From a virus, in the IMG/VR virus record IMGVR_UViG_3300023179_000039, positions 32,001-96,000 of that record: a stretch of 64,000 nt of DNA; one strand, 5' to 3'. Below are positions 37,405 through 47,600 of the stretch, in pieces. A program made the translations under genes and the position numbers. Each line of letters opens with the position of its first letter. The first letter of the stretch is position 1. The notes beneath the pieces are model-generated. The model ran no database searches and was not told the DNA's origin. It was given only the letters and a program-made list of their open reading frames with translations.

Positions 37405-39791
37405 TGAATACAAATACAAGCTCATTAACTAATAAGATATTGCTTAGCAATTTAATCTCTTATGATAATACTAGAAAATACACTACTTTTTATCAAGTTT
37501 TAGGCAGTCAAGAACCCACAGAACAGGGGCTAGGAATTGCATCAAGTGCAGGGTTTCAACAATCCGGTACTGCAGGCGGAATCTATGGCTCAGCATTTAG
37601 CGGCTATTCCACTACTATACCAAGCTCTAAACGTGAAGATGCTGATGCTATCTACAATACTTTAAGAGAAAAAATAGCAGTTTCGTCTCTTAATGGGTAT
37701 ATACCTGCAGATGGCGAAAAATATGGTATTAACGGTACGCCTGAATCATGGGCAAACTTTTTAACTAACCTTGCCTACATAGAATCCGGATTTAAAACTA
37801 CTGCTGTTGGAGATGTAGGTAGATTTGTAGGTGGTTCGAACGGTCTTTTTCAATTATCACCCAACGATGCATTGAATTACAAGATTCAAAGCACACCGTT
37901 TACTATTGCACAATTACAAGACCCTAACTTTAACATGGATGTCACAGTAAAAATAGTTACTGATTTAACTAAAAAGTCTGGTGTTATTGGATTAGGAGGG
38001 CAGGGAATGGCTAGATATTGGGGACCCATTCAGAGAGGATGGACTCCTTCTAGAGACGCAATTTACGGTGGATTTAGCCCAGCTGCAAGTAAAATTGCGT
38101 CTGATAAAATTGCAAATTCAGCCCAAGTAGCATGGGAATATTTAAAAATGAAGGCTTCACCTGATCCTTTCACCGGTCACCTTAGTTTTTATGATCAATA
38201 TGTAAATAATTTTGCGCAAACGCTAGATAATTATCAGCGAGAAGAATACGGTATAGGGCTTTTTAATTCCACACCAAAATATTTTCAAGATAGCTTAACT
38301 GAAATGCTATTTCCTACAGATAAATACCAATCATCTTTTGATACGTTCATAGGACCTGTGAGTGAAACAGTAGGTTTTTTTGCAACTAATACCTATGGAA
38401 AATATACTGACAGTGTGGCGCCTTATTTTGATATACCCTCAATTTCTTTTGCTACAGATGCTTTTAGTATAGACCCCAAAAAATATACTATAGGTTTCGG
38501 TGGTCCTGATTATTTAAATCCTAGCGATTTAACAAAAACTCCACAATACGTTTTTGATAGTATAGGCACTAGTTCAGAAATTTTAAAAGGCACTGAAAAT
38601 GTTAATTTAAAAAATTTCTTAAAACCCGACGATAACGCAAATGTCTATGCAGGTGCTGCGCAAGACCAAGCAACCTCTTTAGTCGGTACATCTGATATAC
38701 CCAGCTTTATATCATTTAATGAAAATAAAGAAGTTTATTTAAATGAGTTTAAAAGTCTATTTCCAACTACGTTTGACTACATTTCTTATTTTGGCACTAT
38801 AAATGATACAGTCGGTTACAATCCTCGTGACTATAGAGGTAAAAATTTAGAAAAAATGAATGATTTTTATTTTGATATTAATGTAGAAGGTAAAATTATA
38901 TCAGTAGATTTGCTACAGAAAAAATACAAACACTCTATCAGTAGAAGAAGTATTAAAAAATCATTATGTCTAAATACAGGATGTGGTGATAAAGACAATA
39001 AAAAACAAGAACAAGCAACAACAGCTTCTATAAACAAGGAATTTTTAGCACAAAACTCTAACCCCACTTCAACTAGTACAGCAGACACTGCGGTAACCAC
39101 ACCTACAACCCTTGCAGTCAGTAGAGCATCAGCATTAAGATCTGCAAATAATACCGCTTCTAATAAATCTAGTGGTCCTATTTTTAACTCTTTTTCAGAC
39201 AAAGCTGTATCCACATTAGAACAAGCAAATCAATTTATGTCTATACCGCAGCAACAAGTTGCAGAGCTATCTTATCAAGTAAGTAAGATAGGTATAGGTA
39301 ATCTGCCTGTAGCAGGGCCTTTACTTATGAGCCCAATTCAAGACTTATTTGGTTCTGTTTCACAGCTAGCTGCGTTTCCTCAACAAGCACTAACTAAGTT
39401 TCCTAGTGTATTACCATCTATAAACCCAGGATCATTCCCTCAAATAGCTGGTTTAATGTTAAATACTAATTGGGAAAATCTTGATGTAAATTCAGCTATA
39501 GGTGTTGCGCAGCAAATTAATAAAATAGTATGCGATTTCAAATTACCAATTATAGGTAAAATAGACTTTAACAATATTACAGATATTAAAATGGATGATT
39601 TCGGTGATGAATTTGAAAAGATTTTCCAAGGATTCCAAAAGAAGTTTGAAAAAGCATTTAAGGACTTACAGAAAAAGATTAAAAATATTATTCCTAACTT
39701 TATTAAAAACATTAAAGCGCTGTTTAAGAGTATATTTGAATGTCAAGATAAACCAAACATTAAGAATTCAACAAAGAAGACGTCTAGTTAA
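37404..39791 (+). CDS. Virion protein with lytic transglycosylase/lysozyme-like domain
   Basis: LAYIESGF (catalytic Glu), SNGLFQLS, LQDPNFNM; amphipathic C-terminus. Confidence 0.7.
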   Translation: MNTNTSSLTNKILLSNLISYDNTRKYTTFYQVLGSQEPTEQGLGIASSAGFQQSGTAGGIYGSAFSGYSTTIPSSKREDADAIYNTLREKIAVSSLNGYIPADGEKYGINGTPESWANFLTNLAYIESGFKTTAVGDVGRFVGGSNGLFQLSPNDALNYKIQSTPFTIAQLQDPNFNMDVTVKIVTDLTKKSGVIGLGGQGMARYWGPIQRGWTPSRDAIYGGFSPAASKIASDKIANSAQVAWEYLKMKASPDPFTGHLSFYDQYVNNFAQTLDNYQREEYGIGLFNSTPKYFQDSLTEMLFPTDKYQSSFDTFIGPVSETVGFFATNTYGKYTDSVAPYFDIPSISFATDAFSIDPKKYTIGFGGPDYLNPSDLTKTPQYVFDSIGTSSEILKGTENVNLKNFLKPDDNANVYAGAAQDQATSLVGTSDIPSFISFNENKEVYLNEFKSLFPTTFDYISYFGTINDTVGYNPRDYRGKNLEKMNDFYFDINVEGKIISVDLLQKKYKHSISRRSIKKSLCLNTGCGDKDNKKQEQATTASINKEFLAQNSNPTSTSTADTAVTTPTTLAVSRASALRSANNTASNKSSGPIFNSFSDKAVSTLEQANQFMSIPQQQVAELSYQVSKIGIGNLPVAGPLLMSPIQDLFGSVSQLAAFPQQALTKFPSVLPSINPGSFPQIAGLMLNTNWENLDVNSAIGVAQQINKIVCDFKLPIIGKIDFNNITDIKMDDFGDEFEKIFQGFQKKFEKAFKDLQKKIKNIIPNFIKNIKALFKSIFECQDKPNIKNSTKKTSS

Positions 39792-40254
39792 CATCAATAA
39801 TTTCAGAATCTATTATTTTTGCACTGTTATTTGCACTGTCTATTAACATTTTAAACACTTGTTCTCTCGTAGCGAGTAATTTGGTAGCATTATCTGCTTG
39901 TTTAAGTTCTTTTCTAGATTCAATATCCATTTCTTTTGCTTTAATAACAGTTTGATTACGCTTATCCGTTACAATAATCTTGTTTAATGTTTCTATAGCT
40001 GTGGCAGTAGCAGCTATTAACTCCGATAAAGAGCTTACGTCCTTATTTTCAGGTGCTGAAGATATGTAATCCTTTACATTTGACATTACTTCTATGCTTT
40101 CTTCTACAAGTCTACCAGCTTTTTCAATAACAAATTTTTCCATATTGTCTTTTGTTAGTGGTTCAGGTTGTTTCTTTACTTTTTCAGCTTCTTTGTTAGC
40201 TGTTTGAAGTTGTTCTAGTAAATCACCTACCATTTCGTTAAGTTCTTCACTCAT
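39784..40254 (-). CDS. Putative terminase small subunit (gp16-like)
   Basis: Helical 156-aa protein; LLATREQVFKML resembles the gp16 C-terminal FVGST.EL.K.L. Start reassigned to ATG 40254 by promoter geometry. Confidence 0.55.
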   Translation of the reverse strand: MSEELNEMVGDLLEQLQTANKEAEKVKKQPEPLTKDNMEKFVIEKAGRLVEESIEVMSNVKDYISSAPENKDVSSLSELIAATATAIETLNKIIVTDKRNQTVIKAKEMDIESRKELKQADNATKLLATREQVFKMLIDSANNSAKIIDSEIIDVN

Positions 40255-40259
40255 AATAA

Positions 40260-40265
40260 TATTTA
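40260..40265 (-). promoter_or_regulatory. Late-type promoter TAAATA
   Basis: 5 nt before ATG 40254. Confidence 0.6.
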
Positions 40266-40272
40266 TACCCAA

Positions 40273-40300
40273 TTGATATTTTACAATTGTATTATATAAT
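40273..40300 (+). promoter_or_regulatory. Sigma70-type promoter, leaderless geometry (dut)
   Basis: TTGATA-N16-TATAAT-N6-ATG 40307. Confidence 0.75.
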
Positions 40301-40306
40301 AGGTTT

Positions 40307-40765
40307 ATGTATACTAATATTGATCCTAATTTACAGTTTTTGCCTGTTTTAAAGTTTGAAAAGACGCATGATTTAGCTAAACTACCTACTAAAAACCATG
40401 AATCAGATACCGGTTATGATGTCTATTCAGTAGAAGACAAAATCATACCTGCAAAAAGTAGTAATGTTGTCGGTGTAGGGCTAAAATTTGCGTTTATACC
40501 TGAAGGGTATTGGGTAAAAGTTGAAAGCCGTAGTGGTTTAGGGTTTAAGCATAGTATTTTAGCTCATCCTGGTATTATAGACTGCGGATACCGCGGTGAT
40601 GCCGGTGTAAAACTATACAATTTGTCAGATAAAGACTACGAAATTAAAGCAGGTGATAGAATTGCACAATTTGTAATATATCTTAACATTTCTACGCCTT
40701 TAGAATGGGGTAAAGCAGAAGAATCTGAGAGAGGTGAAAAAGGATTCGGCTCTTCAGGTAAATAA
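40307..40765 (+). CDS. dut: Trimeric dUTPase
   Basis: GYDV, RSG, GIIDCGYRG, GDRIAQ, RGEKGFGSSG. Confidence 0.97.
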   Translation: MYTNIDPNLQFLPVLKFEKTHDLAKLPTKNHESDTGYDVYSVEDKIIPAKSSNVVGVGLKFAFIPEGYWVKVESRSGLGFKHSILAHPGIIDCGYRGDAGVKLYNLSDKDYEIKAGDRIAQFVIYLNISTPLEWGKAEESERGEKGFGSSGK

Positions 40766-41700
40766 TGAATTATAATTTTAATAATCTATGGGTTGAAAAG
40801 TATAGACCCAGTACTCTAGAAGATTTTATTATTACAAACGATAATAAAAACATTATTGAATCTTTTAAAGTAAAGAAAGAGATACCAAATCTATTGTTTT
40901 TAGGTACTCCTGGGCTAGGTAAGACTACTCTTGCTAAGATTATAGTAAATGATATTTTACAGAGCCAATATCTTTATATAAATGCCAGCGATGAAAACGG
41001 AATTGATACAATAAGAACAAAAGTCACAAGCTTTGCACAGACAAAAAGTCTAGACGGTACAGTAAAGGTTATTATTTTAGATGAAACAGACGGGCTATCG
41101 ATAGACGCGCAGCGTGCATTAAGAAATACCATGGAAGAGTTTGCTAAAATAACTCGGTTTATACTTACAGCTAATTACAAATACAGGGTTATACCAGCTT
41201 TGCAGAGTAGATGTCAGAGTATAGATTTAACTCCGCCTCTAGAAGGTGTAGTTAAAAGGTGCGGTCACATTTTAAAAGCAGAAAAAGTTCAAATTTCAAA
41301 TGAAGTAAAGCCTCTATTACTAAATTTTATTAGATCTAATTATCCAGATCTTAGAAAATGCATTAATGAGCTACAAAAATATTCATCTACAGGTACATTA
41401 TTGTTAAAAGGCGATAATAATGAAATATTAAAGCTTATTTTTGATGAAATGACTAAAAACAACACACTTCAGCTACGAAAAGCATTAATAGAAAACGAAA
41501 ACCAATTTAATTCCGATTATGTTGTACTGCTTAGAAATCTTTTTAATTATGTAGACACTTTAGATATTAACTCTAACCTCAAGAAGCAGTATTTATTGAC
41601 CATTTCTGAATATTTGTACAGAAGTAGTTTTGTAGTTGATCAAGAAATTAATTGTTATTCTTGCTTTTTAGGTCTTAGCAATATTAAGGCAAGTATTTAG
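40765..41700 (+). CDS. gp44: Clamp loader ATPase subunit
   Basis: LWVEKYRP, GTPGLGKT, INASD, LDETD, AQRALR, SRC. Confidence 0.95.
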   Translation: MNYNFNNLWVEKYRPSTLEDFIITNDNKNIIESFKVKKEIPNLLFLGTPGLGKTTLAKIIVNDILQSQYLYINASDENGIDTIRTKVTSFAQTKSLDGTVKVIILDETDGLSIDAQRALRNTMEEFAKITRFILTANYKYRVIPALQSRCQSIDLTPPLEGVVKRCGHILKAEKVQISNEVKPLLLNFIRSNYPDLRKCINELQKYSSTGTLLLKGDNNEILKLIFDEMTKNNTLQLRKALIENENQFNSDYVVLLRNLFNYVDTLDINSNLKKQYLLTISEYLYRSSFVVDQEINCYSCFLGLSNIKASI

Positions 41701-42283
41701 CTGTATAGCTAGCGGGATCAGCTTGACCTACCGCCGGAGACGAAGGTATCTTTACATTGGTATTATTTAACTCTCTATCACCTTTTACTAATTTACCACC
41801 CACATCAGAAAGCTTTGTTTGTGCAGTAGAATAAAAAGGTACTTCCTGATTTTCATCTTTTAATTTCTTTGGCTTAATGTTTACTTTCTTAGAGGGGTCA
41901 TCTTTCTTAAACACTTCAGGTACTTCAGGTAAATTAGGATAAGAACTCTTAGGTTCTACAAGTCTTGAAGGTATAGTTACGAAATCCATATATCTTCCAG
42001 GTGCTATTTCAGATGTAATATCGAGATTTACCTCATCACTATTATAATCTGTATTACCTGCACCACTTACATTAGGTCTTACATTTTTAATCGCAGAAAT
42101 TCTAAGATTTAACCCACTATTAATCATGCTTTTAATTTTTTCAATAGTATTAGTGCCTTTATCTTTAAACCAAGGGTCTCTCAATGCACCTTCTTTAAAA
42201 ACAACAACGTCGCCAGCTAGAAATCCACCTAATGTATATCTTTGCATTGCAGATTCGTATAGCTTGACAAAATTACGCTTCAT
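41684..42283 (-). CDS. Hypothetical protein, candidate internal head protein
   Basis: 199 aa, late promoter, N-terminal FVKLYE. Confidence 0.7.
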   Translation of the reverse strand: MKRNFVKLYESAMQRYTLGGFLAGDVVVFKEGALRDPWFKDKGTNTIEKIKSMINSGLNLRISAIKNVRPNVSGAGNTDYNSDEVNLDITSEIAPGRYMDFVTIPSRLVEPKSSYPNLPEVPEVFKKDDPSKKVNIKPKKLKDENQEVPFYSTAQTKLSDVGGKLVKGDRELNNTNVKIPSSPAVGQADPASYTAKYLP

Positions 42284-42289
42284 TTAAAT

Positions 42290-42295
42290 TATTTA
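42290..42295 (-). promoter_or_regulatory. Late-type promoter TAAATA
   Basis: 6 nt before ATG 42283. Confidence 0.6.
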
Positions 42296-42341
42296 TTGTT
42301 TGGAGCTCATTAAAATCATTTTTAAAACACGAAATTTAACA

Positions 42342-42347
42342 TAAATA
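42342..42347 (+). promoter_or_regulatory. Late-type promoter TAAATA
   Basis: 5 nt before GTG 42353. Confidence 0.65.
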
Positions 42348-42352
42348 TATAT

Positions 42353-42835
42353 GTGGCAACGATAAAAGTACAATCTCTTGCAGAGCCTAAGAAAGCATCA
42401 AGTAATTTTACATATACAGACCTTATGCTTGATCTTAAAGTAGATTATACGCAGAATAATGAATTTTTAAAGAATAAAGAAATTAAAGACCTTAAGATTG
42501 ATTATGACTATGCAGCAGTTCGTAATTCTATCTTTAATTTGTTTAATACTATACCCGGACAACGAATTTTAAATCCTTATTATGGGCTAAATTTACAAAA
42601 ATACTTATTTTATGTTGCCGACGAAATAAGAGCTCGTCTTATTGGCAATGAAATATTAAACGGAATATCTACATTTGAACCTAGAATAAAAATTAATAAT
42701 ATTGACGTTGCTGTTGACACATTAAATCAACAATATGTAATTACTTTAATAGTTTCTATAGTTTCTATCGACCCTACCACTGGTTTTAAATTCGTAGGAT
42801 TATTAAGTAATTCAGGATTTAACTTTGTAAAATAA
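42353..42835 (+). CDS. gp25: Baseplate wedge subunit
   Basis: AVRNSIFNLFNTIPGQRILNPYYG, FEPRI. Confidence 0.92.
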   Translation: MATIKVQSLAEPKKASSNFTYTDLMLDLKVDYTQNNEFLKNKEIKDLKIDYDYAAVRNSIFNLFNTIPGQRILNPYYGLNLQKYLFYVADEIRARLIGNEILNGISTFEPRIKINNIDVAVDTLNQQYVITLIVSIVSIDPTTGFKFVGLLSNSGFNFVK

Positions 42836-42836
42836 T

Positions 42837-44690
42837 ATGGCAACATTTAACGATTTTAATTTATCAAAAGACGGGTATGTAGCGTTCGATGCATTGAGTT
42901 TAAAAAGCTTAATTACCACCAGACTTAATACAAATAATGTTTTTACAGATCAGAATTTTGAAGGTAGTAATATTTCTTCCATTATTGATATTATTGCTTA
43001 TGCATATCATGTTTTAATTTTTTATCTTAATAGATCTGCAGCAGAAAGTACTTTTACTACAGCTGAGCTTTACGAAAATATCAATAAAATAGTAAAAATT
43101 TTAAATTATAATCCTATCGGCTATCAAACATCTATTTTATCATTTTTAGCAACAGCTCAATCATCTCTACCTGCATCTACTTACACTATTCCTAGATATT
43201 CCTACTTTACTATCAACGGTTCGCAGTTTTCATTTAATCAAGACATTACTTTCTCTAAAAACACTAATGCAACAGAAACTTTAACAAATTTACAGGAAAG
43301 CAATCTCTTATATCAAGGTGCCTATACAGAATATCCTACATATGTTGCTACTGGAGAGCCTTTTGAAGTCGTTACCATGACTCTTGTAGATACCAATAAT
43401 CAGAATATTTTAATCGATCATTTTAATATGGATGTATACGTGAAAGACAATACTGTTGTCACACCAGTTTGGGAAAAATGGGAACCATCGCAGTCATTGT
43501 TCTTAGAAAGATCAAATTCTAAAGTATATGAAGTAAGACTTAATGAAAATGGAAGATATGAATATAAATTTGGTAATAATGTTACAGGTAAAAAACTTAA
43601 TGCAGGTGATGAAGTAGCTATTTATTATTTAAAATCTAGTGGTAAAAAAGGAGAGGTAGGTACAGGTCTTCTTAACAATAGTAAGCTCTTCTTCTACAGT
43701 ACACAAAGATTTACGCAGATTCAAAATGATACTACACCCTCAAATATAACATTAATTAACTCTGCACAAGCTAGTAAGATCAATTTCAATAATATAGATG
43801 CATCCACTCCGTTTGTAGACAGAGAATCCGTTTCTAGTATTAAATTAAACTCTCTTAATACATTTAGAAGTCAGTATAGATTAATTACCGGTGAAGATTT
43901 TACCAATTATGTGCTTAAAAATTATAGCAATATTATTTCTTCTTCAGTAGCCGTTAACAACTGGGATTATATTACTGGACATTTAAAGTATTATTTTGAT
44001 CTAGGTGTAGATAAGCCTAATTATGAAAGCAGAGTACTCTTTAACCAAGTCAAATTTGCAGATTCGTGTAACTTTAATAACGTTTATGTTTATGCTGTAC
44101 CTAAACTAGAAAAACTTACATCCCTTACAACTAGAACCAATTACTTAAATTCTGCTCAAAAGCAATTAGTGTTAAACGACTTACAAAAAGTCAAACTTAC
44201 TACAGCTGAAATTATAATAAACGACCCTGTTTATGTTGCTATTGATATTGGCGTTAGATATCCCGGTGAACTTTTAACCCCTTCAATTGCTGATAATACA
44301 TTTTTAGAAATTGAAAGAGAAGTTACTGCCAAACGCAACCCTGAAGCTATTAAGCAGCAAATTTCTCAAATATTTTCTGATTATTTTTCAACTCTTAAAG
44401 ATAATTTAGGATTGCAAATAAGCCTTACAGAAATTACAAATAAAATATTAGCCATTGACGGGGTAAAAGACATTAGAACAAAGAGAACAGAAGGAGATCA
44501 AACTATTACTGTACCTGGCATTAGCTTATTAATCTATAATCCTGTATATCCAGAGACAGACATTAAAATTACTACACAGGACGAAAAATTACCATACTTT
44601 AAATATCCATTTTTAAATAATCCTCTTGATTTTCAAGCAAAAATCAATGTCGTAACACCATCTATACAGACATTACAACGTGAGTTTTAA
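42837..44690 (+). CDS. gp6: Baseplate wedge subunit
   Basis: FTDQNFEGSNISSIIDIIAY, YKFGNNVTGKK, ESVSSIK, QYRLITGEDF. Confidence 0.9.
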   Translation: MATFNDFNLSKDGYVAFDALSLKSLITTRLNTNNVFTDQNFEGSNISSIIDIIAYAYHVLIFYLNRSAAESTFTTAELYENINKIVKILNYNPIGYQTSILSFLATAQSSLPASTYTIPRYSYFTINGSQFSFNQDITFSKNTNATETLTNLQESNLLYQGAYTEYPTYVATGEPFEVVTMTLVDTNNQNILIDHFNMDVYVKDNTVVTPVWEKWEPSQSLFLERSNSKVYEVRLNENGRYEYKFGNNVTGKKLNAGDEVAIYYLKSSGKKGEVGTGLLNNSKLFFYSTQRFTQIQNDTTPSNITLINSAQASKINFNNIDASTPFVDRESVSSIKLNSLNTFRSQYRLITGEDFTNYVLKNYSNIISSSVAVNNWDYITGHLKYYFDLGVDKPNYESRVLFNQVKFADSCNFNNVYVYAVPKLEKLTSLTTRTNYLNSAQKQLVLNDLQKVKLTTAEIIINDPVYVAIDIGVRYPGELLTPSIADNTFLEIEREVTAKRNPEAIKQQISQIFSDYFSTLKDNLGLQISLTEITNKILAIDGVKDIRTKRTEGDQTITVPGISLLIYNPVYPETDIKITTQDEKLPYFKYPFLNNPLDFQAKINVVTPSIQTLQREF

Positions 44691-44692
44691 TA

Positions 44693-47600
44693 ATGGCTAA
44701 TTCAGTCAATTATACTTACGTATATTTTAATATAGTAGGCTTTACCGGGACAAATACTCTATCCACATTTACACTTTCTAACACCCCTTTAACATTTTAT
44801 CCTGATTTTACTACATCACCTACGTTAACATCAACCGATAATATTTCTAACAAAATTATTAGGTGGGATTTTGGTGATGGTAATTTTTCTAACTCTCTAA
44901 CTGCAGTTCATCATTATAAATGGCCGGGTAAATATAATGTTAGGTTGACTATTTACGACAAGCAAGGTAATAGTTTTGATAGTTCATTTAGACCTGTAGT
45001 TAATGTTTATGATTATGTTTATGATCAATTACAGTTTCAAGATTATTTTAAATTTATTTATGATGTACCTGCTAGCAAAATACAAGACCCAATTATTATT
45101 CAAAGACAAAATAGCTGGCAATCATACAATGCATTAAGTGCTACAGGCTACACTACCTTTTTATATGCTTCTGGTGCAAACGGCCAATATCAAAACATTT
45201 TTAATTTTTATGATGATAAGTGGTCGCATTTAAGAGCATTGAGTAGATTTTATGAAAAGGTTAAAATAGGAACATCTTACGAGTTTAAATCCGTCGATCG
45301 CGTTACAACATCAAATGAAGAAATATATGTAAAAATACAAAACAAACAACTCGTTCAATGTAAACAAACTGATTCCGGTGCCGTATTAGCAGGTACAAAA
45401 GGATCTGCTAGCTTTTATTATGTGGATGATGTAGCTAAAAATTATACGTCACGTGAACCACCTATCTTCTTATTTGCCACTCTCGATGCATCTAAGATGC
45501 AAGACGAGTATACAATTAACCATGATACTTTTAATTATATAAACTACCCTCCTTACAGTTTTCAAAATTTAAAACCTGCAGTTCTACCTATTATTAAAGT
45601 AAGACATAACGATGCAGTAAAGCTATCAGTTACTACTACAGGTATTGATGGTGAAGGCAATCTTTCCGCAACAAATTTTAATATACCCGAGATAAGCTGG
45701 CAAAAAACAGAAATACCTTTTGTAATAAGATTAAAAGATAAGGATTATTATACCACTAAAACATATCCTCCTCTTTCTTCCTCTACAATACATACAAATA
45801 TAAGCTATCTTACCGCTTACGATGTAAATTTTGGTATAATATCTAAAACAGATACCGGATTTAAAGAAGTTACCGGTGTTAGTTTTTATGAAGACTTTAC
45901 TGATGATGCACCACAAAGCATAGGAGCATTTTATAAAGGCTATTTTGTTGCACCTGAAGTAACATATAACTGTATATTAACTGCATCGGTAAATATTGTT
46001 GATCCATTAAACTTTCCTAAAGATTCATTAATAGGTTGGATAGCTATACCACAATATAATAAACTAATAAGATTTTTTAGACAGCAAATTTATAGTAACT
46101 GTCCAGGCTATCTAGTAGTTAATATTTCTGCATCACAACAGTTTTTTAATTCTTATGAAAACAGAAATGTTTACGCCATACAAGTAGCGCCCTCTGGCAA
46201 TGGACCTGGTCGTGATTATGAAACTTGGTTTGCTGACGGTACGCGCAATACTATTTTTAAATTCGACGCTTACGGTAACCAGATACTTAATATTGACCTT
46301 ACTAACGCCCCGGTATTGACTGCTGTCGGGGAAATGGGATATTTAAACTTATGCTCTCCAGTTTTAAGTAGTGCAGGACCCGGAAGTATTACTCTTGATA
46401 GATACAACGACGTCTGGGTTGCGTTGTTTGATTCCGTTTCTTGTATAAAAATAGATTCAGTTGGCGGCTATATTAAATCTACAGCAGTACCTCCCTATCA
46501 AAATTTAGTTTACTCCTTAAGTTCTGATTATAATATACCAGAATTACAGGGATTTGCTGGAGAAAATATACTTTTACCTTCTTCAGTAGATACAGATAGA
46601 GATAATAATTTATGGGTTTCATATACACACCCTGTTTCAAACTTTATTATAAAATATAATAGTGTGGGTGAACATTTACTAACTGTTCCTATGCCACCCT
46701 TACATTCACCGGTAGAAATATGTATTGATAGAAATAGATTTGTATGGGTAACAACATATAATCTAGATACATTTGCGCTAGATTTGACTGCTAAAAATGA
46801 TTATCTTTATAAGTTTAATACTGACGGTACTATTGTGCCGGGATATCCTTTAGACGGGTTTAGGTTAATTGGAAATATTACTGTAGACGGTAATCAAGAT
46901 GCTTGGGTAGCGCACGATAAGGATACTATAACAAAAATTGATGGTAAATTTAATACCAAAACAGACTTTATTGCAGGTTCAGGTAATTCTACAAATTATA
47001 TAGAAAGTATCGGAGGCATAGCTGTTGATACGAGTAATTATTTGTGGGTAATAAACAATTTTAATAATAGATTATATTTTATCGATACGCTTAGACCTCC
47101 TGTTTCTTCTCTGGAAAATCTTGATTATGTAGACATTTCATACCCAGTAACTAGTATTGAAAATAATCGTCCCGAATTTGAAGATATACAAATACAAGCT
47201 TATGGTGATTGGCTAGGTAGTAGATGGATCAACAAACATATGTTAGAAGAAACAACTAGCCGTACAATTACAGGTGAATCAACATTGTTTAATGTCTATC
47301 CCCTTTCAGGTGTTTATAACTTGTTTAAAGTTAACGAAGATTTTGATGCCGAAAGCTTTTACAAATCATTAATCTTTACAGAAAACTTACAGGATAAGAA
47401 AGTATTTTTTGAAGACTTTTTAGGCACTATTGTCGGTAAAAAGAACGCAATGCCATACGAGTTAGGTAAAACGGTTTACGAAAAAATTGCTAATTATGTA
47501 AGTAATGTTTCAGATATAGATACGGTAAACCTAGATCAGCTTCTTTCGTTTTGTGATGAACTATCAATTCAATTTGAACAATACAACTACCCGTTTCCTC

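Noticed and set aside
40307-40765. Uracil-containing genome
   Set aside because: An intact dUTPase argues against dU incorporation.
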